Source: Bacteroidota bacterium (GTDB lineage Bacteria > Bacteroidota > Ignavibacteria > Kryptoniales > JAKASW01). Taken from it: DNA of 64,000 nt. The stretch covers positions 1,289-65,288 of the forward strand of contig JAJZVO010000021.1 in NCBI GenBank assembly GCA_021845665.1, in the 5' to 3' direction. This document shows, in pieces, positions 18,729-27,556 of this stretch. The notes under the pieces are model-generated. The model ran no database searches. It was not told the origin of the DNA and worked only from the letters and a program-made list of their open reading frames with translations. Numbering within the stretch: position 1 is the stretch's first letter; every line of letters starts with the position of its first letter. The translations under genes and the position numbers were made by a program.

Positions 18729-20219
18729 ATGGTCGGAAGAGCTTCATTGATCGTAATACTTGGCTTCAGCGTGATTTTCGGAATGGCAAGCCTGTACTGG
18801 AACAGGGAAAGTGATAGCGCTACGAACAACATGGTAGATTATTACTCGGCATCGGCCGCGCACAATATCGCCGTCGGTGCAGCAAACTACGCGGTCTCTC
18901 TGATTTTCCAGAACACTGCGGACACTTCAGCAATTGATGGGATGTCAGGGCAATTCCCCGGAGGTGGTACATACGACATTACAGATCAAATGCTCGCCGG
19001 ACCTTACGGAACCAGAGACCCTTACATAACCACCACGGGATCTTTTACCGGGGGTGATGGCGTCCCGATAAATGATACCGTCAGAGTGCTCCTTTCAACG
19101 TACAAGTTTTCCAGCTTTGCTATGTTCGACAGCTCTGATGAAATGCAAAACGGTGCGCCCGTTTACTGGACCACTGGCGACACGTTGACTGGCCCGTTTC
19201 AGACGAATGGCAACATGTACGTACAGGGGGTTCCCGTCATCAAGGGCCCGGTCACAATCGGAGGTACGACGTATACAAACGATAATGGGCAGTCTGCTAC
19301 AGCAAACCCGACTAAGCTTCCAGACCCATACGGCGATACTCTCAAAGCAAACTCTTTCAGATCGGGTGTGGTTGTGCAGATGCCCCCGACGTTGAGCAGC
19401 TACAGAGGGGCGGCCAGCTCAAGCGCGACATTTACTCAGTCAAGCTATAGCGGGAGCAACTACGCCTACGATGTGTATTTGAATTTTAATTCTGGAGGGA
19501 CAGTATCGGAAACGGATACAACCCGCCAAATAGCAAGTACCAGCACCAGCTGGCAGTGGGTGAATGGGCAGGGTGGGCAGCAGGTTACAACAACGACCTG
19601 GTCCATTGTGGCAACGCACTCAAATCCCAATCTCTCTCTCTCTGCATTGGAAAACTCGTATGGACAAAGTGTGATTGTCGTTCAGAACGGGGATGTGAAT
19701 GTGTCGGGAGTGGTAAACGGAAATGTTACGGTGGTCGCGCTGCAGGGCAGTGGCGCATCCGGCAGATCGAGTTACGGCGGAAGTAACTCCGGAGGTCTCA
19801 TTAGCTCCAGTACCAACGGAAATGTTATGATAACCGGAGATATTACCTACAACGATAACCCTCAGACTAATCCGGCCAGTACCGATATGTTGGGGCTCGT
19901 AGCCTCGAATAATGTCATGCTGACGACGCAGCCAGAAGGCAACGTTACCATTGACGCCGCGATCTTCGCTCATCATGGATCCTTCATGTGTGAAGGATAT
20001 AATTCCACTACAGGCAACACCAGCAACGGTAATTATAATACGTTTGCCGGTTATCTAGATTTGTATGGGTCGCTTTCGCAGGATTACAGAGGACCCGTGG
20101 GGACGACCGGTGGAACAGGGTATTTGAAGGATTACAAATTCGATCCCCGTTTTGAAAAAGACTCTCCTCCTGCCTTTCCGGGTACAACCCGGTACAAAGT
20201 TGTATCGTGGGAAGAATAG
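18729..20219 (+). CDS. PilX-like protein with a large Gly/Thr/Asn-rich, probably beta-helical C-terminal domain
   Basis: The N-terminus GRASLIVILGFSVIFGMASL....SAAHNIAVGAANYAVSLIF resembles the PilX N-terminal domain. The C-terminal part has repeated NG(D/N)V.V.G segments, and the protein ends ...YKFDPRFEKDSPPAFPGTTRYKVVSWEE. Confidence 0.65.
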   Translation: MVGRASLIVILGFSVIFGMASLYWNRESDSATNNMVDYYSASAAHNIAVGAANYAVSLIFQNTADTSAIDGMSGQFPGGGTYDITDQMLAGPYGTRDPYITTTGSFTGGDGVPINDTVRVLLSTYKFSSFAMFDSSDEMQNGAPVYWTTGDTLTGPFQTNGNMYVQGVPVIKGPVTIGGTTYTNDNGQSATANPTKLPDPYGDTLKANSFRSGVVVQMPPTLSSYRGAASSSATFTQSSYSGSNYAYDVYLNFNSGGTVSETDTTRQIASTSTSWQWVNGQGGQQVTTTTWSIVATHSNPNLSLSALENSYGQSVIVVQNGDVNVSGVVNGNVTVVALQGSGASGRSSYGGSNSGGLISSSTNGNVMITGDITYNDNPQTNPASTDMLGLVASNNVMLTTQPEGNVTIDAAIFAHHGSFMCEGYNSTTGNTSNGNYNTFAGYLDLYGSLSQDYRGPVGTTGGTGYLKDYKFDPRFEKDSPPAFPGTTRYKVVSWEE

Positions 20220-20254
20220 ACGGCATCTCTTGTTTGTGAGATGCCGTGGTGTTT
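20220..20254 (+). terminator. Hairpin terminator after the pilin-like cluster
   Basis: ACGGCATCTC (20220-20229), loop TTGTTTGT, GAGATGCCGT (20238-20247). The tail GGTGTTTG is only a weak U tract. Confidence 0.55.
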
Positions 20255-20314
20255 GATGGCAGGCAACGATGTGCCTTGATGATTACACTGTATTACCTTA
20301 TTGTTTGACGCGTG

Positions 20315-20343
20315 TTGACAAATACAAAACGCTGACTTATAAT
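20315..20343 (+). promoter_or_regulatory. Consensus sigma-70 promoter
   Basis: TTGACA (20315-20320), exactly 17 nt, then TATAAT (20338-20343). This lies 28 nt upstream of ATG 20371, which has an AAAGGAG RBS. Confidence 0.6.
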
Positions 20344-20370
20344 GTATATCATAACAAAGGAGATTGTACC

Positions 20371-20571
20371 ATGATGAGCGATGTTCAGAAAAGAATGCGA
20401 ATTGTCGAGACGTACAAGAAGCTTGAAAGCCTTAGAGGCACTGCGGAGAAGGTCGACGCGAACGTGAAGACAGTCAAGAAGTGGGTCGATCGGTTCGCAA
20501 AATACGGCAAGAAAGGGCTGGTCGACAAACGATTTAAGATGCCTGCTAAGAGCAAAGGAAAATCCAGATAG
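20371..20571 (+). CDS. Small stand-alone helix-turn-helix protein resembling the N-terminal HTH of IS630/IS481/IS3-type transposases
   Basis: 66 aa: MMSDVQKRMRIVETYKKLESLRGTAEKVDANVKTVKKWVDRFAKYGKKGLVDKRFKMPAKSKGKSR. The V.TV.KWV.RF...G..GL.DK pattern is typical of transposase HTH modules. No DDE domain follows. Confidence 0.6.
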   Translation: MMSDVQKRMRIVETYKKLESLRGTAEKVDANVKTVKKWVDRFAKYGKKGLVDKRFKMPAKSKGKSR

Positions 20572-20677
20572 ACCCTCAAGCAAGTCGGGCGATTTATCGG
20601 CAGGCACTATTGTGCCGGGGACCGGCTGCGGTCTGGATTAGTACGCAACCATTTCTGTATAGAGATCTAGTATTATC

Positions 20678-21553
20678 ATGATTCAAAGCATGACGGGCTT
20701 CGGCAAAGGTGAAGCTAGGGTCGGAGAGTGCCTGGCGAGCGTCGAGATCAGGAGCGTGAATAGCCGCTACCTGGAGATGAACATAAAGCTTCCCCAGACT
20801 CTTTCGACACGCGAGATGGAAATCCGCGAAATGGTGAGGCAGAACGTCGGTCGTGGAAAATTGACGGTCATGGTCTCGACGAACACCGGTGCAAAGGAAA
20901 GTGAGATGTCCGTCGACACGCAGTCGGTGGAAGATGTCCTTCATTTGCTGAAGTCATTGAAGAAGACTGCAAAGCTGACTTCTCCGATTAGGCTCGAACA
21001 CCTGCTTCAATTCAGGGACCTTTTCAGAAGCCCATCGGTTGAACCCGAAAACAACGAGGAATGGGATGCAGTCAAAGCGGCGACCGAAGCCGCGCTCGTG
21101 CAACTGCGCCAGGCGCGGACAATGGAAGGGAATGCGCTAAAGACAGATCTTGGAATGAGAATAGATAAGCTCAATTCCTCGTTGAAGGAAATTGAGACGC
21201 TGGCCAGGCAGCGCGCCATTGATGAGAAATCGAAGCTCAGACAAAAAGTCGCCGACGTCTTAAACGGAAAAGAAGTCGATCCTTCCCGCCTTGAGCTTGA
21301 GATTGTTTTGATCGCCGATAAACTCGATATCACGGAAGAATTAGTCAGGTTCAGAACCCACAATAACTTCTTTGTGCAGCTCCTTAATGGTGAGGACTCA
21401 AATGGGAGGAGATTGAACTTCCTCCTCCAGGAGATGAACCGTGAGGCTAACACGATGGGTTCGAAAGCGTTCGACGCCGATTTGTCCCACCTTGTGGTTG
21501 AGATAAAGGAAGAACTGGAGAAAATGAGGGAACAGGTGCAAAACCTGGAATGA
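20678..21553 (+). CDS. yicC: YicC-family stress-induced protein
   Basis: MIQSMTGFGKGE N-terminus, and a C-terminal block EEL.R...H...F..L........GR.LNFLLQEMNREANT.GSK typical of YicC. Conserved yicC-gmk-rpoZ order. Confidence 0.9.
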   Translation: MIQSMTGFGKGEARVGECLASVEIRSVNSRYLEMNIKLPQTLSTREMEIREMVRQNVGRGKLTVMVSTNTGAKESEMSVDTQSVEDVLHLLKSLKKTAKLTSPIRLEHLLQFRDLFRSPSVEPENNEEWDAVKAATEAALVQLRQARTMEGNALKTDLGMRIDKLNSSLKEIETLARQRAIDEKSKLRQKVADVLNGKEVDPSRLELEIVLIADKLDITEELVRFRTHNNFFVQLLNGEDSNGRRLNFLLQEMNREANTMGSKAFDADLSHLVVEIKEELEKMREQVQNLE

Positions 21554-22140
21554 AACGCCGTGGTATGCTCCTCGTCGTTTCGGCACCGAGCGGCGCGGGG
21601 AAAACGACGATAGTAAAAGAAATCCTCAGAGCTTATCCCACTTTCGGGTTTTCTGTTTCTGCCACAACTCGTGAAAAGCGCCGTGGTGAAGTAGACGGGA
21701 AGGACTATTTTTTCCTTTCAAGGTCTGAGTTCGAAAGGAAAATTGCGGCGGGTGACCTTGTCGAGCACGAGGAAATCTACTCGAATTACTACGGGACGCT
21801 GAAGATTGAGGTGGAGAACGCTCTCTCGAACGGGCGGGATATCGTCTTCGACGTAGATGTAAACGGTGGCCTGTCGATAAAAGCAAAGTTTCCGGAGGCG
21901 ATCCTGGTATTCATCAAGCCTCCGTCTATCGAAATACTCAGGAGAAGGCTGAAGGGGAGAGGGAGTGAGACCGATGCGCAAATCGAGAAGCGTATGGCGC
22001 GGGTTGAAATGGAGCTTGAGAAAGGGGAGGGTTTTGACTATATTATTATCAATGATGAGTTGAAACGCGCAGTTAACGAGGTTTTTGGCATAATAAATAA
22101 GAAATGCAAGGAGTTATCGAGTGGGACTGAAACCGATTGA
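21550..22140 (+). CDS. gmk: Guanylate kinase
   Basis: ATGA overlap with yicC. P-loop SAPSGAGKTT, followed by SATTREKRRGEVDGKDYFF. Confidence 0.95.
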   Translation: MKRRGMLLVVSAPSGAGKTTIVKEILRAYPTFGFSVSATTREKRRGEVDGKDYFFLSRSEFERKIAAGDLVEHEEIYSNYYGTLKIEVENALSNGRDIVFDVDVNGGLSIKAKFPEAILVFIKPPSIEILRRRLKGRGSETDAQIEKRMARVEMELEKGEGFDYIIINDELKRAVNEVFGIINKKCKELSSGTETD

Positions 22141-22417
22141 CATACGACAGCTTGACGTGGTTACCGGAAACGCTTACGAAGCGATCGTGGTCGCTTCGCG
22201 CCGGGCGCGGCAGATCAGCGACGAGCGCAAAGTCGAATTCAGCCAAAGGCTTGAAGGGATCAAGCAAATCCAGGAATCGCTCGAAGAGGATGAGAAAGTC
22301 AACCCAGAGCAAGTCGAGCTGAGCAAAGAATTCGATAAACTGGAAAAGCCGACGGAAGATGCTCTTGCCGAGCTTCTCGACGGCAAGATAGTTTATCGTT
22401 ACAAGACCCCCCTTTAA
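22121..22417 (+). CDS. rpoZ: DNA-directed RNA polymerase subunit omega
   Basis: GTG start overlapping gmk by 20 nt. NAYEAIVVASRRARQI is the omega signature. Confidence 0.85.
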   Translation: MGLKPIDIRQLDVVTGNAYEAIVVASRRARQISDERKVEFSQRLEGIKQIQESLEEDEKVNPEQVELSKEFDKLEKPTEDALAELLDGKIVYRYKTPL

Positions 22418-22481
22418 TAATCTTCCCGTAGTCATGCACGCCGGCGCCATCTTACCGCCATTTTGAAAACGAGCCGGCAAC

Positions 22482-23702
22482 GTGACATCCATCTCTGGCA
22501 AGAAAATAATCCTCGGAGTCTGCGGAAGCATCGCAGCCTATAAGAGTGCATATCTCCTTCGTGAACTGATGAGAGAAGGGGCAGACATCAGGGTCGTAAT
22601 GACTCCTTCTGCCGCGAATTTTGTAACTCCGCTCACGTTCTCGGCTCTTTCTCGCAAGCAGGTCTATACAGAAATGTTTCCCGAGGGAGGAAGTGCCACT
22701 TCGATAGGAACCTGGCATATTGAACTCGGGCTCTGGGCCGATCTCATGCTGATAGCGCCGGTCACAGCTTCCACGATAGCGAAGCTTGCTTACGGAATCG
22801 CAGACAACTTCCTAACTTCCATTGCACTCGCCCTTCGTGCTCCTATGATGATTGCGCCGGCGATGGATGCAGACATGTTAATTCATCCGTCGACGTCATC
22901 AAATCTTTCAAAATTGAAAGAGCGCGGAGTCCTTGTGCTCGAACCCGAAAAAGGCGAGCTTGCCAGCGGCCTGACAGGGACGGGAAGGCTTGCTGAGGTC
23001 GGCAGGGTAGTCGAGAGTGTCGAAGCCTTCTTCGAAGGACATCATCGGGATCTGGTAGGAAGAAAGATTCTTGTCACAGCCGGCCCGACGCAGGAGGCGA
23101 TCGATGCCGTGAGATATATATCGAATCGCAGTTCCGGGAAGATGGGCTTTGCCGTCGCAACTGCAGCTGCGAACCGCGGCGCAGAGGTTAAGCTGATTTC
23201 CGGGCCAGTTGCCCTTGAGACTCCTCGCAACGTTGAGAGAGCGGACGTGTCCACCGCGCACGAAATGTACTTGGCGCTCGACCGGAATATTGACTGGTGC
23301 GATGCACTGGTTATGACCGCTGCAGTTGCGGATTATAGAGTCGCGGAACCGCCGGATAGAAAGATCAAGAAATCGGAGTTCGCAGGAGGGGAGGCAAGGA
23401 TCGGCCTGGTCGAGAATGTCGATATCCTGAAGGAACTCGCGCCGAGAAAAGGAAAGAGGGTATTTGTCGGATTCGCTCTGGAGACGGACGATGTGCTCGC
23501 CAACGCGAAGAAGAAGCTTGCTGCGAAGTCGCTTGACGCTATCGTAGTAAACAACCCGAGAGAGGAAGGCGCAGGATTCGGGACGGACACGAACAAGGTG
23601 CGGATTCTCTTTTCCGGAGAAAGGCAGGATATTGACGTTCCGCTCCTCTCTAAGTACGATGTGGCTCAAAAAATTCTGGATCAGGTAAGATCCCTTCTCT
23701 GA
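22482..23702 (+). CDS. coaBC: Bifunctional phosphopantothenoylcysteine decarboxylase / phosphopantothenate-cysteine ligase
   Basis: GTG start. Flavoprotein domain ILGVCGSIAAYKS...PAMD, and CoaB domain ITAGPT.E.ID.VRYISNRSSGKMG. Confidence 0.95.
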   Translation: MTSISGKKIILGVCGSIAAYKSAYLLRELMREGADIRVVMTPSAANFVTPLTFSALSRKQVYTEMFPEGGSATSIGTWHIELGLWADLMLIAPVTASTIAKLAYGIADNFLTSIALALRAPMMIAPAMDADMLIHPSTSSNLSKLKERGVLVLEPEKGELASGLTGTGRLAEVGRVVESVEAFFEGHHRDLVGRKILVTAGPTQEAIDAVRYISNRSSGKMGFAVATAAANRGAEVKLISGPVALETPRNVERADVSTAHEMYLALDRNIDWCDALVMTAAVADYRVAEPPDRKIKKSEFAGGEARIGLVENVDILKELAPRKGKRVFVGFALETDDVLANAKKKLAAKSLDAIVVNNPREEGAGFGTDTNKVRILFSGERQDIDVPLLSKYDVAQKILDQVRSLL

Positions 23703-23856
23703 ATATCCATCCCGTGCTCCCTGCACGGATGTCATCTTCAGAAGACAAATCCCCCATGAGCAGAAATTCGAGAGATTGAGATTGTTTGTTGCGCAGCTGC
23801 AATATTTTTTATATGATATAGCAGGGAATTAGCGTAATAGAAAGGAGCGGTTTCTA

Positions 23857-24933
23857 TTGAGCGACTCAATTATTATGTGGGAAAGCCTTGCGTGGGCCGT
23901 CGGAGCGCTTGTCGTAGCAGTACTGGGCAGCTTAATCGCACATAGGGTGGTGTTTGCAGTGCTCTCCAGGATTACAAAGGGGACCACGAATAGGGTGGAT
24001 GCTTCTCTGGTTCGGCATTCGAAGAAACCGGCAAAGCTTCTTCTACCTCTTATCGGGATCATACTCGTCATGCCTGTCCTCCAATTATCGCCTGAAGTAC
24101 GTGCCGCCGTAAATCACATCATTGGACTACTTATCATTGCGTCGATGGCCTGGCTCTCGATCGCCATGACCAGCGTCTTTTCCGACGTGATTGCCGCGAA
24201 GTATGATGTGACTGTCAAAGATAACTTGACGGCAAGGAGAGTGCAGACCCAGGTCCATGTCCTAAGGAGGATTCTGGTAGTCGTGATAGTCACAATCTCC
24301 GTTTCGGTCATGCTGATGACATTCCCGGAAATAAGGAGCATCGGTGCGGGTCTTTTCGCGTCAGCGGGAATTGCCGGACTGATAATCGGCATGGCGGCAA
24401 GGCCGACTCTCTCCAATCTCATTGCAGGTATCCAGATGGCTTTGACGGAGCCCATAAGGCTCGATGACGTCGTAATCGTCGAAGGTGAATGGGGATGGAT
24501 AGAGGAAATAGGCACGACTTACGTGGTGGTCAGGATCTGGGACCTCAGGAGACTGGTCGTTCCCCTCTCCTATTTCATAGAAAAGCCTTTCCAAAACTGG
24601 ACAAGGAGGTCCGCCGATCTCCTGGGCACAGTTTTTATTTATACCGATTACACAATACCTGTTGATGAAATCCGGGCGGAGCTTCACTCCTCGCTTCAGT
24701 CTTCCTCGCGATGGGATGGGAAGGTCTGGGGTTTACAAGTGACAAATGCCACAGAACAGACTCTCGAATTGAGGGCTTTAATGAGTGCCAGGGATTCGAG
24801 CACGGCATGGGATCTCAGGTGTGAAATTCGGGAAAAGCTGATAAAGTTTCTCCAGGAAAAGTACCCGGGCTCACTTCCGAAGGTGCGCGCGGAATTCAGG
24901 CAGAACGCAAGAAGCGGGGAAACAGCAGCGTGA
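23857..24933 (+). CDS. Mechanosensitive ion channel (MscS family)
   Basis: TTG start after AAGGAG. Several N-terminal TM helices, then LSNLIAGIQMALTEPIRLDDVVIVEGEWGWIEEIGTTYVVVRIWD, the MscS pore-helix/beta-domain signature. Confidence 0.85.
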   Translation: MSDSIIMWESLAWAVGALVVAVLGSLIAHRVVFAVLSRITKGTTNRVDASLVRHSKKPAKLLLPLIGIILVMPVLQLSPEVRAAVNHIIGLLIIASMAWLSIAMTSVFSDVIAAKYDVTVKDNLTARRVQTQVHVLRRILVVVIVTISVSVMLMTFPEIRSIGAGLFASAGIAGLIIGMAARPTLSNLIAGIQMALTEPIRLDDVVIVEGEWGWIEEIGTTYVVVRIWDLRRLVVPLSYFIEKPFQNWTRRSADLLGTVFIYTDYTIPVDEIRAELHSSLQSSSRWDGKVWGLQVTNATEQTLELRALMSARDSSTAWDLRCEIREKLIKFLQEKYPGSLPKVRAEFRQNARSGETAA

Positions 24934-25070
24934 ATTGGCAATCCCTTTTTAGAAAATAGCTTTTCTTTCGGGCGTAATTCCCGGAACAAATACCAATCCG
25001 GGACTGTTGTATGAGTCACTCGACACATTGTCACAAACTAACAGAGATGCCACGAACCATATATGACTAA

Positions 25071-25961
25071 GTGATTCTACTACTTTCCTGCTGGCTGATC
25101 CTTTCACCGAATCACCCCGCTTCTTTGGATTCCGCTTCTTCTGCTACCGCTACAAGCGTGAAGGTGGCAGTCGTGTCGGGTGCTCACGGAGGGAAATCGT
25201 CTGTATCTGCAGACAAGACCGAGGCAACTCAGGTTCGCCCGGTGGTTTTTCTTCACGCAAAGAAACCTCTCCTCACCCCCGTTGAAATGATAGGTGGAGG
25301 TTTGGCTATAACATACGGTCTCTTCGAGACGGACGATGAAGTCTACGAGACCCTTAGGGGCATAAGGATGAGAAGCTCGGTGCTTTCCGCCGTAAGCCCG
25401 GTGGTAAGCATGATGGGCCTCGGTACGTTTTCCATCGCGCTCTTCGGAGGATTCTACGCCTACCATTTTGTGACGGGCGACGCAACGTCCCTTCGCGCAG
25501 CAAACCTCGGAATGGAAACTTTCCTTTTCAGCGGCATATCGACACAAATCCTGAAGAATCTGTTCGGCCGTGAAAGACCGAGCATGCGGACCAGGGAGGG
25601 AGGCCGGTGGAGCGGACCGCTGTCTTATTTTGAGCACAGTGACAACGGTAGCAAAAGCATAGCGAGCTACGATGCCTTCCCATCGGGGCATACTGCGACT
25701 ATCTTCGCAGCTGCTTCCACCATTGCTGATACATATCGTGGGACGTGGGTCCCGTACGTTGCATACGGCACCGCGACCATCGTCGGTATCTCCCGCGTTA
25801 TGGAAAGCGCTCATTGGCCGAGCGATGTCTTCGTTGGTGCGATCATCGGCATCGGGAGCACCAAGATCGTCGAGAATCTTCCCTTCAACAAGCACAGGGC
25901 GAAAATCAGGCTCGGAGTCGTCAACCATTCCCTGGGCGCAACCCTAAGCGTGGATTTTTGA
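25071..25961 (+). CDS. PAP2-superfamily phosphatase (membrane)
   Basis: The three PAP2 motifs are present: KNLFGRERPS, PSGH, SRVMESAHWPSDV. Listed GTG start; the start is uncertain. Confidence 0.8.
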   Translation: MILLLSCWLILSPNHPASLDSASSATATSVKVAVVSGAHGGKSSVSADKTEATQVRPVVFLHAKKPLLTPVEMIGGGLAITYGLFETDDEVYETLRGIRMRSSVLSAVSPVVSMMGLGTFSIALFGGFYAYHFVTGDATSLRAANLGMETFLFSGISTQILKNLFGRERPSMRTREGGRWSGPLSYFEHSDNGSKSIASYDAFPSGHTATIFAAASTIADTYRGTWVPYVAYGTATIVGISRVMESAHWPSDVFVGAIIGIGSTKIVENLPFNKHRAKIRLGVVNHSLGATLSVDF

Positions 25962-26361
25962 GAAGTATCTGCTGAGCGAAGGGGCTCTCAGCGAAAACCG
26001 TGTCCAATAGCTCATTAGTCGGATGACCAGAATGTCCGGCTGATCGAACGGGCGGTCTCCGAGATCCGATCGTAAACTGGTGCTTCCCCTCCGGGAAATC
26101 GAACGCACATGATTTCATATTCACATCATCCCGACACTTCCGTGGAAGCCGAGCGATCGGTCACATAAGTCTGCCTGTAATCCCGAGACCATCCGGCAAG
26201 CGGCGTGATTGGAACCGGCGTCACTATATAACTTCCCATTGCTCCTGCCGTGCCGCGGCACCGGTTCGAAAGCGCGGGCGAGGATGCCGCCGGGCGTTGT
26301 CGCGGACGACTCGAGACGGGGTGTCGAGCACGACCGTCTCCTTCGCGCTGTACCACTTTGC

Positions 26362-26389
26362 TTGACATTTGAGAAGAAACAATTATATT
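26362..26389 (+). promoter_or_regulatory. Sigma-70-like promoter candidate for the ATP-grasp/GNAT/KamA operon
   Basis: TTGACA (26362-26367), a 16-nt spacer, then TATATT (26384-26389), about 60 nt upstream of ATG 26451. Confidence 0.5.
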
Positions 26390-26450
26390 AAACGCAAATG
26401 ATGGGCGCTTCGCCAACATACATGAAGTCGAACTTGACACGCGAAACCGT

Positions 26451-27515
26451 ATGAATGTTGCTCTTGTCTTTAACCAGAAAAGAGAGAGCATGCTCATCGA
26501 CAATCCTCAATCTCATCCCCACTCTTCTCTCCTCAACACAGCAACAGCCCCAGAGAAAGTAGCGGACATGTACGCCGAATGGGATACTCCCGAAACGATC
26601 AATGCTGTCGCCCGGGCGTTGTCTCTTTTTCATAACGTGACGATGATCGAGGCGGACGAGTATGCCTTCGAGAAGTTGCGCACGGCGAAGTTTGACATCG
26701 TCTTCAACATTGCTGAAGGGATGAATGGGGTAACTCGTGAGGCTCAGCTTCCCGCCATGTTCGAGTTTCTCGGGATACCTTACACTGGTTCGGACCCACT
26801 CACGCTTGCCATCAGTCTCGACAAGGCAAGAACGAAGGAAGTCTTAAGTTATCACGGCATCCCGACTGCCAGGTTTGTTGTTGCGCATTCATTTGAGGAA
26901 GCCTCGACGGCTTCTTTGCGCTTTCCACTCTTTGTTAAGCCGCTGCACGAAGGCTCGAGCAAGGGAATTTACAACTCTTCCTACGTTACGACGCCCGAAG
27001 CCCTGAGGCAGGAGGTAGAACGAATACTCAACAATTACGAACAGCCAGCGCTTGTGGAGGAGTATCTCCCCGGAAGGGAGTTCACCGTCGCACTGCTTGG
27101 TAATGGGAGCGAATTGAAAGTCTTCCCGCCCGTGGAATTAAATTTCAGTTCACTGCCATCAGAAGCACTGCCGGTCTATTCTTACGAAGCCAAGTGGCTC
27201 TGGGACACCAAGAATTCTCCGATCGAAGTGTTCAAGTGTCCGGCGCCGATTGATGCAGCGCTCAATGCCAAGATCGAGAGAATTTGCCGGAAGACCTTCG
27301 GAGTTCTTAAGTGCCGGGATTGGAGCCGGATCGACGTCAGGCTTGACGCGGCCGGCGAGCCGAATGTACTGGAGATCAATCCCTTACCCGGAATATTGCC
27401 CGACCCTGAAGAACATTCCTGTTTTCCCATGGCATCCAGAGCGGCAGGACTGACTTATGATGAAATGATCAATGCAGTCCTCGACACGGCAACCAAAAGG
27501 CTCGGCAAGGTATAG
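26451..27515 (+). CDS. ATP-grasp ligase, D-Ala-D-Ala-ligase-like family but lacking the canonical Ddl N-terminal motif (paralog 1)
   Basis: ATP-grasp blocks LDKARTKEVL, FPLFVKPLHEGSSKGI, EEYLPGREFTVALLGN, CRDWSRIDVRLD and VLEINPLPG. The N-terminus MNVALVFNQKRE...EWDTPETINAVARAL lacks the GG.S.EHEVS motif of genuine Ddl. Confidence 0.8.
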   Translation: MNVALVFNQKRESMLIDNPQSHPHSSLLNTATAPEKVADMYAEWDTPETINAVARALSLFHNVTMIEADEYAFEKLRTAKFDIVFNIAEGMNGVTREAQLPAMFEFLGIPYTGSDPLTLAISLDKARTKEVLSYHGIPTARFVVAHSFEEASTASLRFPLFVKPLHEGSSKGIYNSSYVTTPEALRQEVERILNNYEQPALVEEYLPGREFTVALLGNGSELKVFPPVELNFSSLPSEALPVYSYEAKWLWDTKNSPIEVFKCPAPIDAALNAKIERICRKTFGVLKCRDWSRIDVRLDAAGEPNVLEINPLPGILPDPEEHSCFPMASRAAGLTYDEMINAVLDTATKRLGKV

Positions 27516-27556
27516 TTCGTAACTTCCAGTATTTGTTGAACTTATAGAGACGGCTT

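Noticed and set aside
17363-20680. I looked for a direct repeat of the tRNA-Leu 3' end (att site) and an integrase that would define a genomic island around the pilin-like module.
   Set aside because: I found no copy of the TTCGAGTCCCGCCTTCGGCA segment by eye downstream, and there is no integrase gene. Island status therefore remains only a compositional and contextual suspicion, reported as such.
26126-26503. 125-aa minus-strand ORF spanning the promoter and start of the first ATP-grasp gene.
   Set aside because: It overlaps a well-supported plus-strand start and promoter. It has no RBS and no motifs, and its composition is biased (Ser/Arg/Pro).
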